Of a stretch of 64,000 nt of DNA, positions 53,501 to 62,332 are shown in pieces (the first letter of the stretch is position 1; every line of letters begins with the position of its first letter). This stretch comes from an uncultured Bacilli bacterium. Lineage in GTDB: Bacteria > Bacillota_I > Bacilli_A > RF39 > UBA660. The notes beneath the pieces were generated by a model, which saw only the letters and a program-made list of their open reading frames with translations, was not told where the DNA came from and did not search any database. The stretch covers positions 1,593 to 65,592 of the forward strand of contig CAJTUT010000005.1 of the NCBI GenBank assembly GCA_910579455.1, given 5' to 3'. A program made the position numbers and the translations under genes.

Positions 53501-54091
53501 CCACTATACTATATAAATAATAATTTAGCTAAAACAATTTATCAAATGATAACAGGAGAGAATGGACAAAAAAAGTATACATCTAAAGATGTTGTTAAAG
53601 AATTAAATTTGATTGTTCCACAAAAGGCTCTTGATAATTGCTGTTATAGTGTAATGATTGCTATTGAAAAATATAAAAGAGGAATTAGGAAAGTCAAAAC
53701 CGTTACTACTGAAGAAATAATAGATTATTACCAACATAGCAAAGAAAAAATACCAGTAGAAATAAAAAGCTATATAGAAAAGAAAGTTTTCAATAATCCC
53801 TTAGCAAATCAAAAAACTCTCCCAAATAAATTAATATATGAAATATTAAAATATCGAGGAGAATTTTCTATTGATATTAATCAAATAAATCATACTACAG
53901 CAAGAGAATTAGTAAGAAATAAAAAATTAACTAGTTCTTGCAGAAAAAAAATTAAAGGTTATTTTCAAATTCCAGAAAGAGAAATAATGAATGGAAAAGA
54001 AAAATTAAAAGTATTAAAGTTATTATCTCCTTTATATAAAAAGAGGGAATATCAAGATGAATTTAAATGCTTGAAGAAATCTAAAGATTAA
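50552..54091 (+). CDS. Giant sigma-70-family protein: complete sigma core (regions 2-4) fused to a roughly 900-aa array of tandem region-4-like HTH modules
   Basis: 1179 aa from GTG. N-terminus is collinear with SigA regions 2.1-2.4 (NLRLCLKVSYKY, FLDLFQECSIILMNAIKHYNP, FSTYAMSALEKTIKNRI, IRTPVY) and region 4 (LDQIGKEFNLTIESIRQVEKKALEKLKRR); about nine further sigma4-like repeats follow. Confidence 0.75.
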   Translation: MIFIENLEQLLKKEIKKYPVLPDEEQMLLAKQYKKSGDKKSFEKLFHHNLRLCLKVSYKYSGKLESMTFLDLFQECSIILMNAIKHYNPTGEAKFSTYAMSALEKTIKNRIFELDKTIRTPVYKEEQKTKYYQFITEYNQQYHKNPTKKEIKEKLGLNDDQLKNLEMNIGQKSISLDQKISSEEDSVELIELIPNKNNDYKDIESSYDMNILKNKCVQILTKEEYYIIYYRYISEERKTLDQIGKEFNLTIESIRQVEKKALEKLKRRIKSKKVNDKYNKNLDPLSIDTTILLNELKKYLSNEEYFILYSTIVQEMSTDISTEDHVHDLQILDLDKEKLLDIKKYLLEVFNHYKKEKNLECLRDNYHKNYTVAQIMELNINISSRDLMDFHLLEQYFRTVSIEEIKNTKYYENLSLKNQKLIQKYYDYNDRYLRKSEIKQIEQELTLEKFGYLETEKTLYDRKELQKIYLKNREILTQKEQEILGVILFRNNQSYSLKESTRQKYINRLIKIEFKIKDFYQNKITKKQIEQILEYHPNLLSQDEKELICKSYGVNQDKISLKELAKEYSVSYEELHDKVFTLKNRILCKYYQITEGKKDELPEDEKKLYQMYLSNVQYEFSVDTRRILGMFLSGKNYQEIATIEKISITKVSNFITEGLRKCEFYKYGIIVPFLIQEEEIDIVLQLHQYSEIKKKLIKERYLKLKMLTELSNEYHINKQDISKLKEKFYDQYLKWKCPQISINQYEEEIKRHQADSVLTEEEKSMVAFKYGIKCEYNPMGKKEKNQEIADHFSISLNCCKAKINSFNRKMRERILRLTMPKYGIIRRDEMRKILNNNPLLISEKERDIICHTNELNGYCYLSETELKEKYQERSNNFKRRYDRAVLSIKKYQDNLLPRKIDYQKDIKNIERYFSKYDRKLLEMIYNQRLTEKQIAEKLEITDFQSRQKIIKIKLDVAEILNDEPQAKMFDFDYARKVIDQEDLPLYYINNNLAKTIYQMITGENGQKKYTSKDVVKELNLIVPQKALDNCCYSVMIAIEKYKRGIRKVKTVTTEEIIDYYQHSKEKIPVEIKSYIEKKVFNNPLANQKTLPNKLIYEILKYRGEFSIDINQINHTTARELVRNKKLTSSCRKKIKGYFQIPEREIMNGKEKLKVLKLLSPLYKKREYQDEFKCLKKSKD

Positions 54092-54120
54092 GATAATTCC
54101 AAAAAACTTAATCTTTTTTT
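54084..54120 (+). terminator. Rho-independent terminator of the giant sigma gene
   Basis: 9-bp stem AAGATTAAG(54084-54092)/CTTAATCTT(54107-54115) with a 14-nt loop, followed by a T7 run; the stop codon lies inside the stem. Confidence 0.55.
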
Positions 54121-54196
54121 ATGATATTATTGAAAAAATGAGATTTAATGATATAATATAAAATAGAATAAAAGAATAAAAAGAGAGGTATGGGTT

Positions 54197-55669
54197 ATGC
54201 AAGGCGAAGAGGTAGTATATCTATACTTGGATGATATTATTCCTAACAGATTTCAACCGAGAGAAGTTTTTGAGGAAAAACCATTAAAAGAGTTAGCTGT
54301 TTCAATCAAGGAACATGGAGTAATACAACCAATTATAGTAAGAAAAGTAAACGATAAATATGAAATCATTGCTGGAGAGAGAAGATACAAGGCCTCAGCT
54401 TTAGCAGGACTTACCAAAATACCAGCAATTATTAGAGAATTAGATGATAAAGAGTCATCTAAAGTGGCATTGTTAGAAAATTTGCAAAGAAAAAATTTAA
54501 ACCCTATAGAAGAAGCAAAAACCTATCAAAAAATACTAGAAATAGATGAAATGACCCAAGAGGAATTAGCAAAAACTATGGGGAAAAGTCAATCATCAGT
54601 CGCCAATAAATTAAGGCTATTATCCTTGTCTGATGAAATACAACAAGCTTTATTACAAGATAAAATATCAGAGCGTCATGCAAGGACCCTTTTAAATGTG
54701 AAAGATCCAAGGGAACAACAGGAATTATTAAACGAAATTATTAATACTAAAATGACAGTAAGACAATTAGAGAGCAAAATAAAAAAAGATCAACCATCAA
54801 GCGAGAGTATCATTCAGGATACAACAGTATCTAGTCATTCTTTAGAAAATATGAATATAAAAGACTCAAAGCCTATTTTAAAACAGGATAATTATATTTC
54901 TAGCAATCCGTTAATACCTAGCTTTTTAACAGGAGAAGCCGAACAAAAAGAAGAGCCTCTTTTAATTAGTGCAACTGGAGAAAATTTAATGGATAAAAGA
55001 GAAGAACCAGAATTATTAATTAATGAAGAAAATACAGAGAAAGAAAATGAAATATCTCCTCAAAAATTTATCAACTTTGGAGAGATAGATGATACAGAAG
55101 ATGAAGATCTTATACAGGTAAACGATGGAATGCTACTTGGAAGTATTACATCTAAAGAAGATTCTTCCATCAATGTTAATGACCTTAATGCTAATATCCA
55201 AAATGTCTCACCTTCTCAAAAAGGAGCCTCTAATGCTGATTTGGATAGTTTATTAAGAATTAATACAGATCCAATCCTATCTAATGCTAATAATAATTCC
55301 AGTTCAGAAGAAAATAATAATTTCAAATTTTTCTCACCAGTACAGGAAGCATTAAAAGAAAGTGAAAAGGAAGAGACCAAAACATCTGAAGATTATTTCA
55401 AGGCACCTGATCTTATTAATGTAGATATTCCAGGAGAGATAGCAACCTCTCCCACAAATAATGTTAGTTTAAGTCAGGTGACTTATGATTCTATAAACGA
55501 AAATAAACCCATTCAGTCGATTGATTTTAATACTAATCGTTCTTTACAAAGTTCCATAGAAATGATAAGAGATGTCATTAAAAAAATAGAATCGAATGGA
55601 TTAAAGGTAGATTCAGATGAAATGAATTTGGAAAATTCGTACCAAGTAATTATTAAAATAGAAAAGTAA
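54197..55669 (+). CDS. noc: Noc-like ParB-family protein with a 300-aa low-complexity C-terminal extension
   Basis: 490 aa; ParB box IPNRFQPRE ... GERRYKAS ... LLENLQR, HTH ELAKTMGKSQSSVANKLRLL, ISERHARTLL (Noc-like); no N-terminal amphipathic helix; C-terminus rich in Ser/Asn/Glu/Asp. Confidence 0.7.
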   Translation: MQGEEVVYLYLDDIIPNRFQPREVFEEKPLKELAVSIKEHGVIQPIIVRKVNDKYEIIAGERRYKASALAGLTKIPAIIRELDDKESSKVALLENLQRKNLNPIEEAKTYQKILEIDEMTQEELAKTMGKSQSSVANKLRLLSLSDEIQQALLQDKISERHARTLLNVKDPREQQELLNEIINTKMTVRQLESKIKKDQPSSESIIQDTTVSSHSLENMNIKDSKPILKQDNYISSNPLIPSFLTGEAEQKEEPLLISATGENLMDKREEPELLINEENTEKENEISPQKFINFGEIDDTEDEDLIQVNDGMLLGSITSKEDSSINVNDLNANIQNVSPSQKGASNADLDSLLRINTDPILSNANNNSSSEENNNFKFFSPVQEALKESEKEETKTSEDYFKAPDLINVDIPGEIATSPTNNVSLSQVTYDSINENKPIQSIDFNTNRSLQSSIEMIRDVIKKIESNGLKVDSDEMNLENSYQVIIKIEK

Positions 55670-55683
55670 TAGAAAAATTTAAT

Positions 55684-55708
55684 AAGTAGATAAAATCTAC
55701 TTTTTTTT
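55684..55708 (+). terminator. Rho-independent terminator after the noc-like gene
   Basis: AAGTAGAT-AAA-ATCTACTT hairpin followed by TTTTTTT. Confidence 0.7.
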
Positions 55709-55777
55709 CACAAAAACATTTAAAATAGGTTGGATATTTGATACAATATATTAAGTAAAAAAGGAGTAGTGATAAAT

Positions 55778-56563
55778 ATGGGAAAGGTAATTTCTTTGGT
55801 CAATCAAAAGGGTGGAGTAGGAAAAACAACGACAAGTATTAATCTTTCAGCATCACTAGCTGCTTTAGGAAAAACAGTTTTATTAATTGATTTAGATCCT
55901 CAAGGAAATACAACAACAGGAGTAGGAATTAATAAAGGGGATATAGAAAACAGTATTTATGATGTTTTAACTAGTAAATGTGATATAAATCAAGCAACAA
56001 TAAAAACAAAATATAAGAATTTATATGTAATTCCAGCAACGATTAATTTAGCAGGGTTGGACATAGAACTATTAGAAAAAAGTCAAAGTGAACCTGGTTT
56101 TTCTAAGGGAACTCAATTAAAAGGGCATATTGAAGGGATAAAGGATAATTTTGATTTTATAATTATTGATTGTCCACCATCATTGGGATTAATTACTACA
56201 AACGCCCTAACAGCATCCAATTCAGTGATTATTCCTGTACAATGTGAATTTTTCGCTTTAGAGGGAATTATGCAATTATTAAATACAATTATGTTAGCAC
56301 AAAAATCTCTAAATCCAAATTTAGATATTGAGGGGGTATTACTAACTATGCTAGATTCTAGAACAAATTTGGGATTTGAGGTTGTAGATGATATTAGAAA
56401 ATTCTTTAAAGAGAGGGTTTATAATACTATAATACCAAGACTAATCAGACTAACAGAGGCCCCATCTCACGGAGAACCTATTATTGCTTATGATCCAAAA
56501 AGTAGAGGATCAGAAGCTTATATCAATTTAGCTAAGGAAGTGATTGAAAGAAATGGAAACTAA
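55778..56563 (+). CDS. soj: Chromosome partitioning ATPase ParA/Soj
   Basis: Deviant Walker A KGGVGKTTT; DLDPQGN; start set at ATG MGKVISL (AAGGAG RBS 11 nt upstream; the track ORF uses GTG at 55769). Confidence 0.93.
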   Translation: MGKVISLVNQKGGVGKTTTSINLSASLAALGKTVLLIDLDPQGNTTTGVGINKGDIENSIYDVLTSKCDINQATIKTKYKNLYVIPATINLAGLDIELLEKSQSEPGFSKGTQLKGHIEGIKDNFDFIIIDCPPSLGLITTNALTASNSVIIPVQCEFFALEGIMQLLNTIMLAQKSLNPNLDIEGVLLTMLDSRTNLGFEVVDDIRKFFKERVYNTIIPRLIRLTEAPSHGEPIIAYDPKSRGSEAYINLAKEVIERNGN

Positions 56564-57449
56564 TAACGGAATTAAAAGAAGAGCCTTGGGAAAAGGACTT
56601 GAGGAACTATTTTATAATGAACCAATGGACTATAATAAAATAGAAGAAAAAATCATTACAGAGACTCCTAAAGAAGAAATAAAAAAGGTTCCTTTAGATG
56701 AATTAAGAAGCAATCCATACCAGCCTAGACAAAATTTTGACGAAACTGCACTAAAAGAATTAGCTGCTTCTATTAAAGAACATGGAGTATTTCAACCAAT
56801 TATTATCAAAAAAAGCATCAAGGGATATGAGATCATTGCTGGAGAACGTAGGGTAAAGGCATCGAAACTAGCTGGCTTAAAAGATATTCCGGCTATTATA
56901 AGAGATTTTAGTGATAGTGAAATGATGGAAATCGCTCTTCTTGAAAATTTGCAAAGAGAAAACTTAAATTCAATAGAAGAAGCAACTGCCTATAAGAAAC
57001 TACTAGAAAATTTAGGCTTAACCCAGGAAAAACTAGCAGAAAGATTAGGAAAAAGTAGAAGTCATATTACTAATATGTTAGGACTTTTAACATTACCAGA
57101 AAACGTTCAAAACTTAATAGGATCTAAAAAAATATCAATGGGACATGCCAGGGTTTTAAGTAAGTTAGAAGATCTTCATCAAATAGCAGAGTTATCAGAT
57201 AGAATTATAACAGAAGGTCTTAGTGTAAGACAGCTTGAGGAGGTCACCTCTAGTAATAAAGATTATGAAAGAAAAAATAAGATAACTCGTCATACAAAAG
57301 AGACAAATAAAGAATATCAATACTTAGAAGAGAGTTTAAAGGAAAAATTAGGAACCAAGGTAAGAGTAAAGAAAAATAAATTAGAAATTACTTTTACCAA
57401 TACGAATGATTTAAATAGATTATTAGAAATTATGAAATTAGATAAATAA
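56544..57449 (+). CDS. spo0J: Chromosome partitioning protein ParB/Spo0J
   Basis: 301 aa from TTG (an alternative ATG lies at 56553); ParB box GERRVKAS ... LLENLQR; HTH LAERLGKSRSHITNMLGLL. Confidence 0.9.
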   Translation: MKEMETNNGIKRRALGKGLEELFYNEPMDYNKIEEKIITETPKEEIKKVPLDELRSNPYQPRQNFDETALKELAASIKEHGVFQPIIIKKSIKGYEIIAGERRVKASKLAGLKDIPAIIRDFSDSEMMEIALLENLQRENLNSIEEATAYKKLLENLGLTQEKLAERLGKSRSHITNMLGLLTLPENVQNLIGSKKISMGHARVLSKLEDLHQIAELSDRIITEGLSVRQLEEVTSSNKDYERKNKITRHTKETNKEYQYLEESLKEKLGTKVRVKKNKLEITFTNTNDLNRLLEIMKLDK

Positions 57450-57462
57450 AGAAGGTGTTAAT

Positions 57463-58278
57463 GTGGTATTATTTGATAAAATAACTATTGATTTAGAAAC
57501 GCTAATAAGACCTCTCATATATATCATAATAGGATTTTCTATATATGAAATATTTAGAAAACTTCTTAATAATGTAGAAAAGAGAAGTAAAATTAAGAAA
57601 AAGCATCATCAAAAACGTGTTAAAACTATTAATACCTTAATTCAAAATATTATTAAATATGTAATTATTATTCTTGTGCTAATATCTATTCTTTCTAATT
57701 TTGGTATTAATGTGAAATCTATTCTAGCAGGAGTAGGAATAACAGCAGCAATTATAGGTTTGGCCTTTCAAGATATTGCTAAAGACTTTTTAGCGGGTAT
57801 ATCTATTATACTAGAAGATCAGTTTGAAATTGGAGATACTGTTAAAATTAATGATTTTACAGGAGAAGTAGTATCTTTTGGTTTAAAAACTACAAGAGTT
57901 AGAAATTATAAAGGGGCAACAAAAATCATTGCAAATCATACAATAACAGACTTAATTAATTACAACCTATATAATAATTTAGCAGTAGTAGATGTTTCAG
58001 TAGACTATGGGGAAAATTTGGAAAAGGTAGAAAAGGTTCTAACAGAAGTTTCAGATGAAGTATCTTCTAAAATTCCAAAGGCTAAGGGAAAATTAAAAAT
58101 TTTAGGTGTGAATGAATTGGAAGAATCAAGTATTGTATACCGGGTAGCAATAGAAGTGGCAGCAGCGGAGCATATAGCTGCTGAAAGAATTTTAAGAAAA
58201 GAGTTAAAAAACGCATTAGATAAAGCCAAGATTAAGATTCCATATCAACAAATAGAGGTGCATAATGGAGATAAATAA
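57463..58278 (+). CDS. mscS: Small-conductance mechanosensitive channel (MscS family)
   Basis: 271 aa; GTG start with GAAGGTG RBS; three TM then the MscS beta-domain (GDTVKINDFTGEVVSFGLKTTRVRN). Confidence 0.85.
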   Translation: MVLFDKITIDLETLIRPLIYIIIGFSIYEIFRKLLNNVEKRSKIKKKHHQKRVKTINTLIQNIIKYVIIILVLISILSNFGINVKSILAGVGITAAIIGLAFQDIAKDFLAGISIILEDQFEIGDTVKINDFTGEVVSFGLKTTRVRNYKGATKIIANHTITDLINYNLYNNLAVVDVSVDYGENLEKVEKVLTEVSDEVSSKIPKAKGKLKILGVNELEESSIVYRVAIEVAAAEHIAAERILRKELKNALDKAKIKIPYQQIEVHNGDK

Positions 58279-58468
58279 AAAAGAGTATCAATTAGGTAGT
58301 AAAGTAATTATGAAAAAACAACATCCATGTGGCTCAAATGAATGGAAAGTTATTAGGCTAGGAGCGGATATCAAAATAAAGTGTTTGAACTGTGGACGTT
58401 CCTTATTTATGCCACGAATAGAATTTAATAAAAAAATTAAAAAAATTATAGCAGAGGAAGGTAATTAA
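58265..58468 (+). CDS. DUF951 family small protein (YyzM-like)
   Basis: 67 aa; conserved gene downstream of the spo0J region in Bacillus-type chromosomes; CxxC-containing (C..C). Confidence 0.6.
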   Translation: MEINKKEYQLGSKVIMKKQHPCGSNEWKVIRLGADIKIKCLNCGRSLFMPRIEFNKKIKKIIAEEGN

Positions 58469-58469
58469 T

Positions 58470-60065
58470 ATGAGAGATCGAAAAAAATTAAAACTCAGGA
58501 AATTTTACTTTCACCCTATCACTGTTTTTATTGTAATGAGTTTGATTGTTGTTCTATTAAGTGCTATTCTATCCTTATTTGAAATGCAATCAACTTATAA
58601 TACTGTTAATATCAATACTCATGAATTAGAATCAAAAATTGTAGCAGTAGAAAATATGCTTAGTTTTGATGGAATGAAGTTTATTATTAGTAATGCAGCT
58701 ACTAACTTTATTAGTTTTGCTCCACTTGGAATGTTGCTAATATCATTAATAGGAATCTGTATTGCGGAAGCAACAGGTTTTATAGAAGTATTTTCTAAAA
58801 AATATTTAAGAAAACTATCTCATACTCAACTGACTTTTATTGTGGTTTTTCTTGCAACAATTTCCTCTTTAATCAACGAAATTGGATATGCTATTTTAAT
58901 ACCACTGGTGGCTATGATGTATCAATCTATTGGGAGAAATCCTCTAACAGGAATCGTTACAGCCTTTAGTGGGGTAGCCTTTGGTTATGGAGTATCTTTG
59001 TTTGTGGGATCAATGGAAGTTGCTTTAATGGATTCTACAAAAGCAGCGGCCTCCTTAATTGATAATAATATTCATATTAGTTTAACAAGCAACTTGTTCT
59101 TTATTATTGTAGCTTCTATTATTTTAACGGTGATTGGCACAATTATTATTGAAAAAATAGTTAGTCCAAGACTAGGTAAATATAAAGAACGTGAGGATAT
59201 TTCAAAAACAGAAGAGTTAAGAATCATTGACTTAGAAGAAGAACAGCAACACAAAATTGAAAGACAAAAGAAAGAAAAAAGAGGGCTATGTTTTTCTCTA
59301 ATTACCTTTTTTGTAGTTATTATCATTTTTATTTATATGATTGTCCCAAGTCTACCAAATTCTGGAATGCTTTTAGATATGAAAGAAACCACTTATTTAG
59401 GACAAATTTTTGGAGATAATTCGTATTTTCAAGATGGTTTCACGTATATGATGTCTTTATTGTTTCTATTCATGGGAATTGCTTATGGAATTGGAGCCAA
59501 ATCAGTTAAAAATGATCGAGATATGATAGAAAAAGCGGGAGGATATTTTTCTAAAATTGGGAATATTATTATCTTACTTTTTGTTGTTTCTCAGTTTATT
59601 GCTATTTTTAAAAAAACCAATATTGGAACAATTATTACTGCATGGTTTGCTAACCTAATAGAGTATTTAGGATTTAGTGGAATTCCTTTAATTTTATTGG
59701 TACTAATACTAATTGCAATTTCAAACTTATTCCTGACAACGCCAAGTGCTAAATGGACAATCTTTTCACCAGTTGTAGTACCCTTATTCATGCAGTCTAA
59801 TATTTCAGCACAGTTTGCTCAAATCATAGCTAGAGTAGGGGATTCTATGACCAATGGAATTACACCTTTACTTGCTTGTTTTGTGATCTATATTGGATAT
59901 TTAAATATTTATAACTTTGATAAAAATAAGCCAATAACAATTACAAGGGCAATTAAACTAGTATCTCCATATTTTGGAATTATAAGTGTAGTATGGATCT
60001 TATTAGTAATAGGATGGTACATTTTAGGATTGCCAATAGGACCAGGGGTCTATCCAACCATTTAG
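58470..60065 (+). CDS. AbgT-family transporter (p-aminobenzoyl-glutamate/antimetabolite efflux type)
   Basis: 531 aa; about 12 TM; AbgT-like N-terminal region (FIISNAATNFISFAPLGMLL, PLVAMMYQSIGRNPLTGIV). Confidence 0.7.
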   Translation: MRDRKKLKLRKFYFHPITVFIVMSLIVVLLSAILSLFEMQSTYNTVNINTHELESKIVAVENMLSFDGMKFIISNAATNFISFAPLGMLLISLIGICIAEATGFIEVFSKKYLRKLSHTQLTFIVVFLATISSLINEIGYAILIPLVAMMYQSIGRNPLTGIVTAFSGVAFGYGVSLFVGSMEVALMDSTKAAASLIDNNIHISLTSNLFFIIVASIILTVIGTIIIEKIVSPRLGKYKEREDISKTEELRIIDLEEEQQHKIERQKKEKRGLCFSLITFFVVIIIFIYMIVPSLPNSGMLLDMKETTYLGQIFGDNSYFQDGFTYMMSLLFLFMGIAYGIGAKSVKNDRDMIEKAGGYFSKIGNIIILLFVVSQFIAIFKKTNIGTIITAWFANLIEYLGFSGIPLILLVLILIAISNLFLTTPSAKWTIFSPVVVPLFMQSNISAQFAQIIARVGDSMTNGITPLLACFVIYIGYLNIYNFDKNKPITITRAIKLVSPYFGIISVVWILLVIGWYILGLPIGPGVYPTI

Positions 60066-60093
60066 AAAAGAAAAAATAATCTTTTCTTTTTCT
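60064..60093 (+). terminator. Probable rho-independent terminator after the abgT-like gene
   Basis: AGAAAAG/CTTTTCT stem with an A-rich loop, followed by a T-run; weak GC content. Confidence 0.45.
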
Positions 60094-60220
60094 ATATTTT
60101 ATACCTATTGTTAAATGCTTGCTATAAAATGATTTATCATCTATAATATAGCCAAATATTTATAAAAATGAATATACAGAAATAAGTACAAAAAAAATAA
60201 AATAGAAAAGAGGAAATAAT

Positions 60221-61321
60221 ATGAGTTTAAGAGCAGGAATTGTAGGTCTTCCTAATGTGGGAAAATCGACTCTATTTAATGCCATAACTAATCAAAAAAT
60301 CTTAGCAGAAAATTACCCTTTTGCAACGATAGAACCTAATATAGGAATTGTTACAGTACCAGATATTAGAATGGAAAAGTTAAAAAGTATGTATGAACCA
60401 AATAAATTTATTCCAACTGCCTATGAATTTACAGATATTGCGGGTCTTGTAAAAGGTGCTTCTAAAGGGGAAGGATTGGGGAATAAATTTTTATCACATA
60501 TTAGAGAAGTGGATGCAATAGTAGAAGTGGTTAGATGCTTTGCAAATGATAAAATTATTCATGTAGATGGGAGTGTTGATCCTATTAGAGATATAGAAAC
60601 AATTAACTTAGAACTTTCTATTGCTGATTTAGATATTATTAATAATAGATTAGAGAAGGTGTCTAAAAAGGCCAGAACTACAAAAGATAAAGATACTATT
60701 ATGGAAGTAGATGCATTAGAAAAAGCAAAAAAAGCTTTGGAGGAGAATAAGCCACTAAGGCAAGTTGAATTTAGCGAGGAGGAACAAAAACTACTAAAGT
60801 CATATAGTTTTCTGACACTAAAACCTATAATATATTTAGCAAATATTGATGAAGAGGAACTGGGAAAGAAAGATAATTTATATGTAGAGAAAGTAAAAGA
60901 ATATGCAAAATCAGAAAATTCTCAAGTAGTTAGTCTCTGTTGTAAAGTAGAAGAAGACTTAAGTGAGTTAAGCAAGGAGGATAAAAAAGAGATGTTGGAG
61001 GCCATAGGTTTAAAGAATTCTGGATTAGATCAATTAATTAGGACAACTTATGATATCTTAGGTCTAGCTACTTATTTTACAGTAGGAAAAGATGAGGTAA
61101 GAGCATGGACTTTCCCAAAAGGAATGAATGCTAAAAAATGTGCGGGCATTATTCATACTGATTTTGAAAAAGGATTCATAAAAGCAGAAGTTATGTCTTA
61201 TAGTGATTTAATGGAATATGGGAGTGAATTAAAGGTAAAAGAAGCAGGAAAATCGAGACTAGAAGGAAAAGACTATATAATGCAAGATGGTGATATTTGC
61301 CATTTTAGATTTAATATATAA
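60221..61321 (+). CDS. ychF: Ribosome-binding ATPase YchF
   Basis: 366 aa; G1 GIVGLPNVGKSTLFNA, TGS/TGS-like C-terminal domain. Confidence 0.95.
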   Translation: MSLRAGIVGLPNVGKSTLFNAITNQKILAENYPFATIEPNIGIVTVPDIRMEKLKSMYEPNKFIPTAYEFTDIAGLVKGASKGEGLGNKFLSHIREVDAIVEVVRCFANDKIIHVDGSVDPIRDIETINLELSIADLDIINNRLEKVSKKARTTKDKDTIMEVDALEKAKKALEENKPLRQVEFSEEEQKLLKSYSFLTLKPIIYLANIDEEELGKKDNLYVEKVKEYAKSENSQVVSLCCKVEEDLSELSKEDKKEMLEAIGLKNSGLDQLIRTTYDILGLATYFTVGKDEVRAWTFPKGMNAKKCAGIIHTDFEKGFIKAEVMSYSDLMEYGSELKVKEAGKSRLEGKDYIMQDGDICHFRFNI

Positions 61322-61434
61322 GATGATTTAATAGGAATTACTATTCTATAACATAAAATTTATCTACTTTAAGAAAGGATATTTCCTTAGAAAATCGATC
61401 TTGGGTAAAATATGTAAGATGAATAAGAAAAAGA

Positions 61435-61463
61435 TTTACATTTAAAAAATAATTTGCTATAAT
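61435..61463 (+). promoter_or_regulatory. SigA-type promoter of the rpsF-ssb-rpsR operon
   Basis: TTTACA (61435-61440), 17-bp spacer, TATAAT (61458-61463); followed by a 70-nt leader with hairpin CTCATA..TATGAG and a GGAGGTG RBS. Confidence 0.6.
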
Positions 61464-61535
61464 ACATACGAGTATTAACAAATGCTCCTTACTCATAAAA
61501 TTATATGAGTCATTAGTCCAAAAGGAGGTGTAAGA

Positions 61536-61823
61536 ATGAACAAATATGAAATTATGTTTATTGTAAAACCAGATATAGAGGAATCAGAGATTAAAAAAGT
61601 TGCAGAATCTATGAAGAAGGTTTTAACAGACAAACAAGCAAAAGTATTAGAAGAAAAAACAATGGGACAAAAAGAACTTGCCTATGAAATGAATAAGTTT
61701 AAGACTGGATATTATTTTTTATTTATAGTAGAGGCGAATGCTGCTGCAATTGAAGAGTTTAACCGTGTTGTTGGGATCAACGAAAATCTACTTCGTCACT
61801 TAGTTGTACGAGTAGAAGATTAA
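61536..61823 (+). CDS. rpsF: 30S ribosomal protein S6
   Basis: 95 aa; MNKYEIMFIVKPD start. Confidence 0.95.
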   Translation: MNKYEIMFIVKPDIEESEIKKVAESMKKVLTDKQAKVLEEKTMGQKELAYEMNKFKTGYYFLFIVEANAAAIEEFNRVVGINENLLRHLVVRVED

Positions 61824-61841
61824 TGAAAAGAGGTATTTATC

Positions 61842-62318
61842 ATGAATAAAGTATTTTTAATAGGAAGATTAACAAGGGATCCAGAATTAAGATACACAGG
61901 AAGTAATACAGCAGTAGCATCTTTTTCTCTTGCAGTAAATAGAAACTTTACAAATCAATCAGGAGAACGTGAAGCAGATTTTATTAATATTGTGGTATGG
62001 AGAAAGCAAGCGGAGAATGTAAAAAATTATTTATCTCAAGGAAGTCAAGTAGCAATAGATGGTCGTATTCAAACCCGTTCTTATGATGATAATGAGGGAA
62101 AAAAACGATATATAACAGAGGTAGTTGCAGATAATGTAGAGTTTTTAGGAACGAAAAGTTCCAATGGAGGAAATCAAACATCACAAGATTCATCAGCAGA
62201 ACCAACTCCATATGATTTTGGAAAAGAAGCAGAACCAAAAGGAACTGATGTAGATAGTAATCCTTTCGCAGATTTTGGATCCAATATTGAAATAAGTGAT
62301 GATGAATTACCATTTTAA
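61842..62318 (+). CDS. ssb: Single-stranded DNA-binding protein
   Basis: 158 aa; OB fold ([12 protein letters not shown]); Gly/Asn-rich linker; acidic tail DDELPF. Confidence 0.95.
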   Translation: MNKVFLIGRLTRDPELRYTGSNTAVASFSLAVNRNFTNQSGEREADFINIVVWRKQAENVKNYLSQGSQVAIDGRIQTRSYDDNEGKKRYITEVVADNVEFLGTKSSNGGNQTSQDSSAEPTPYDFGKEAEPKGTDVDSNPFADFGSNIEISDDELPF

Positions 62319-62332
62319 GAAGGAGGATTAAT

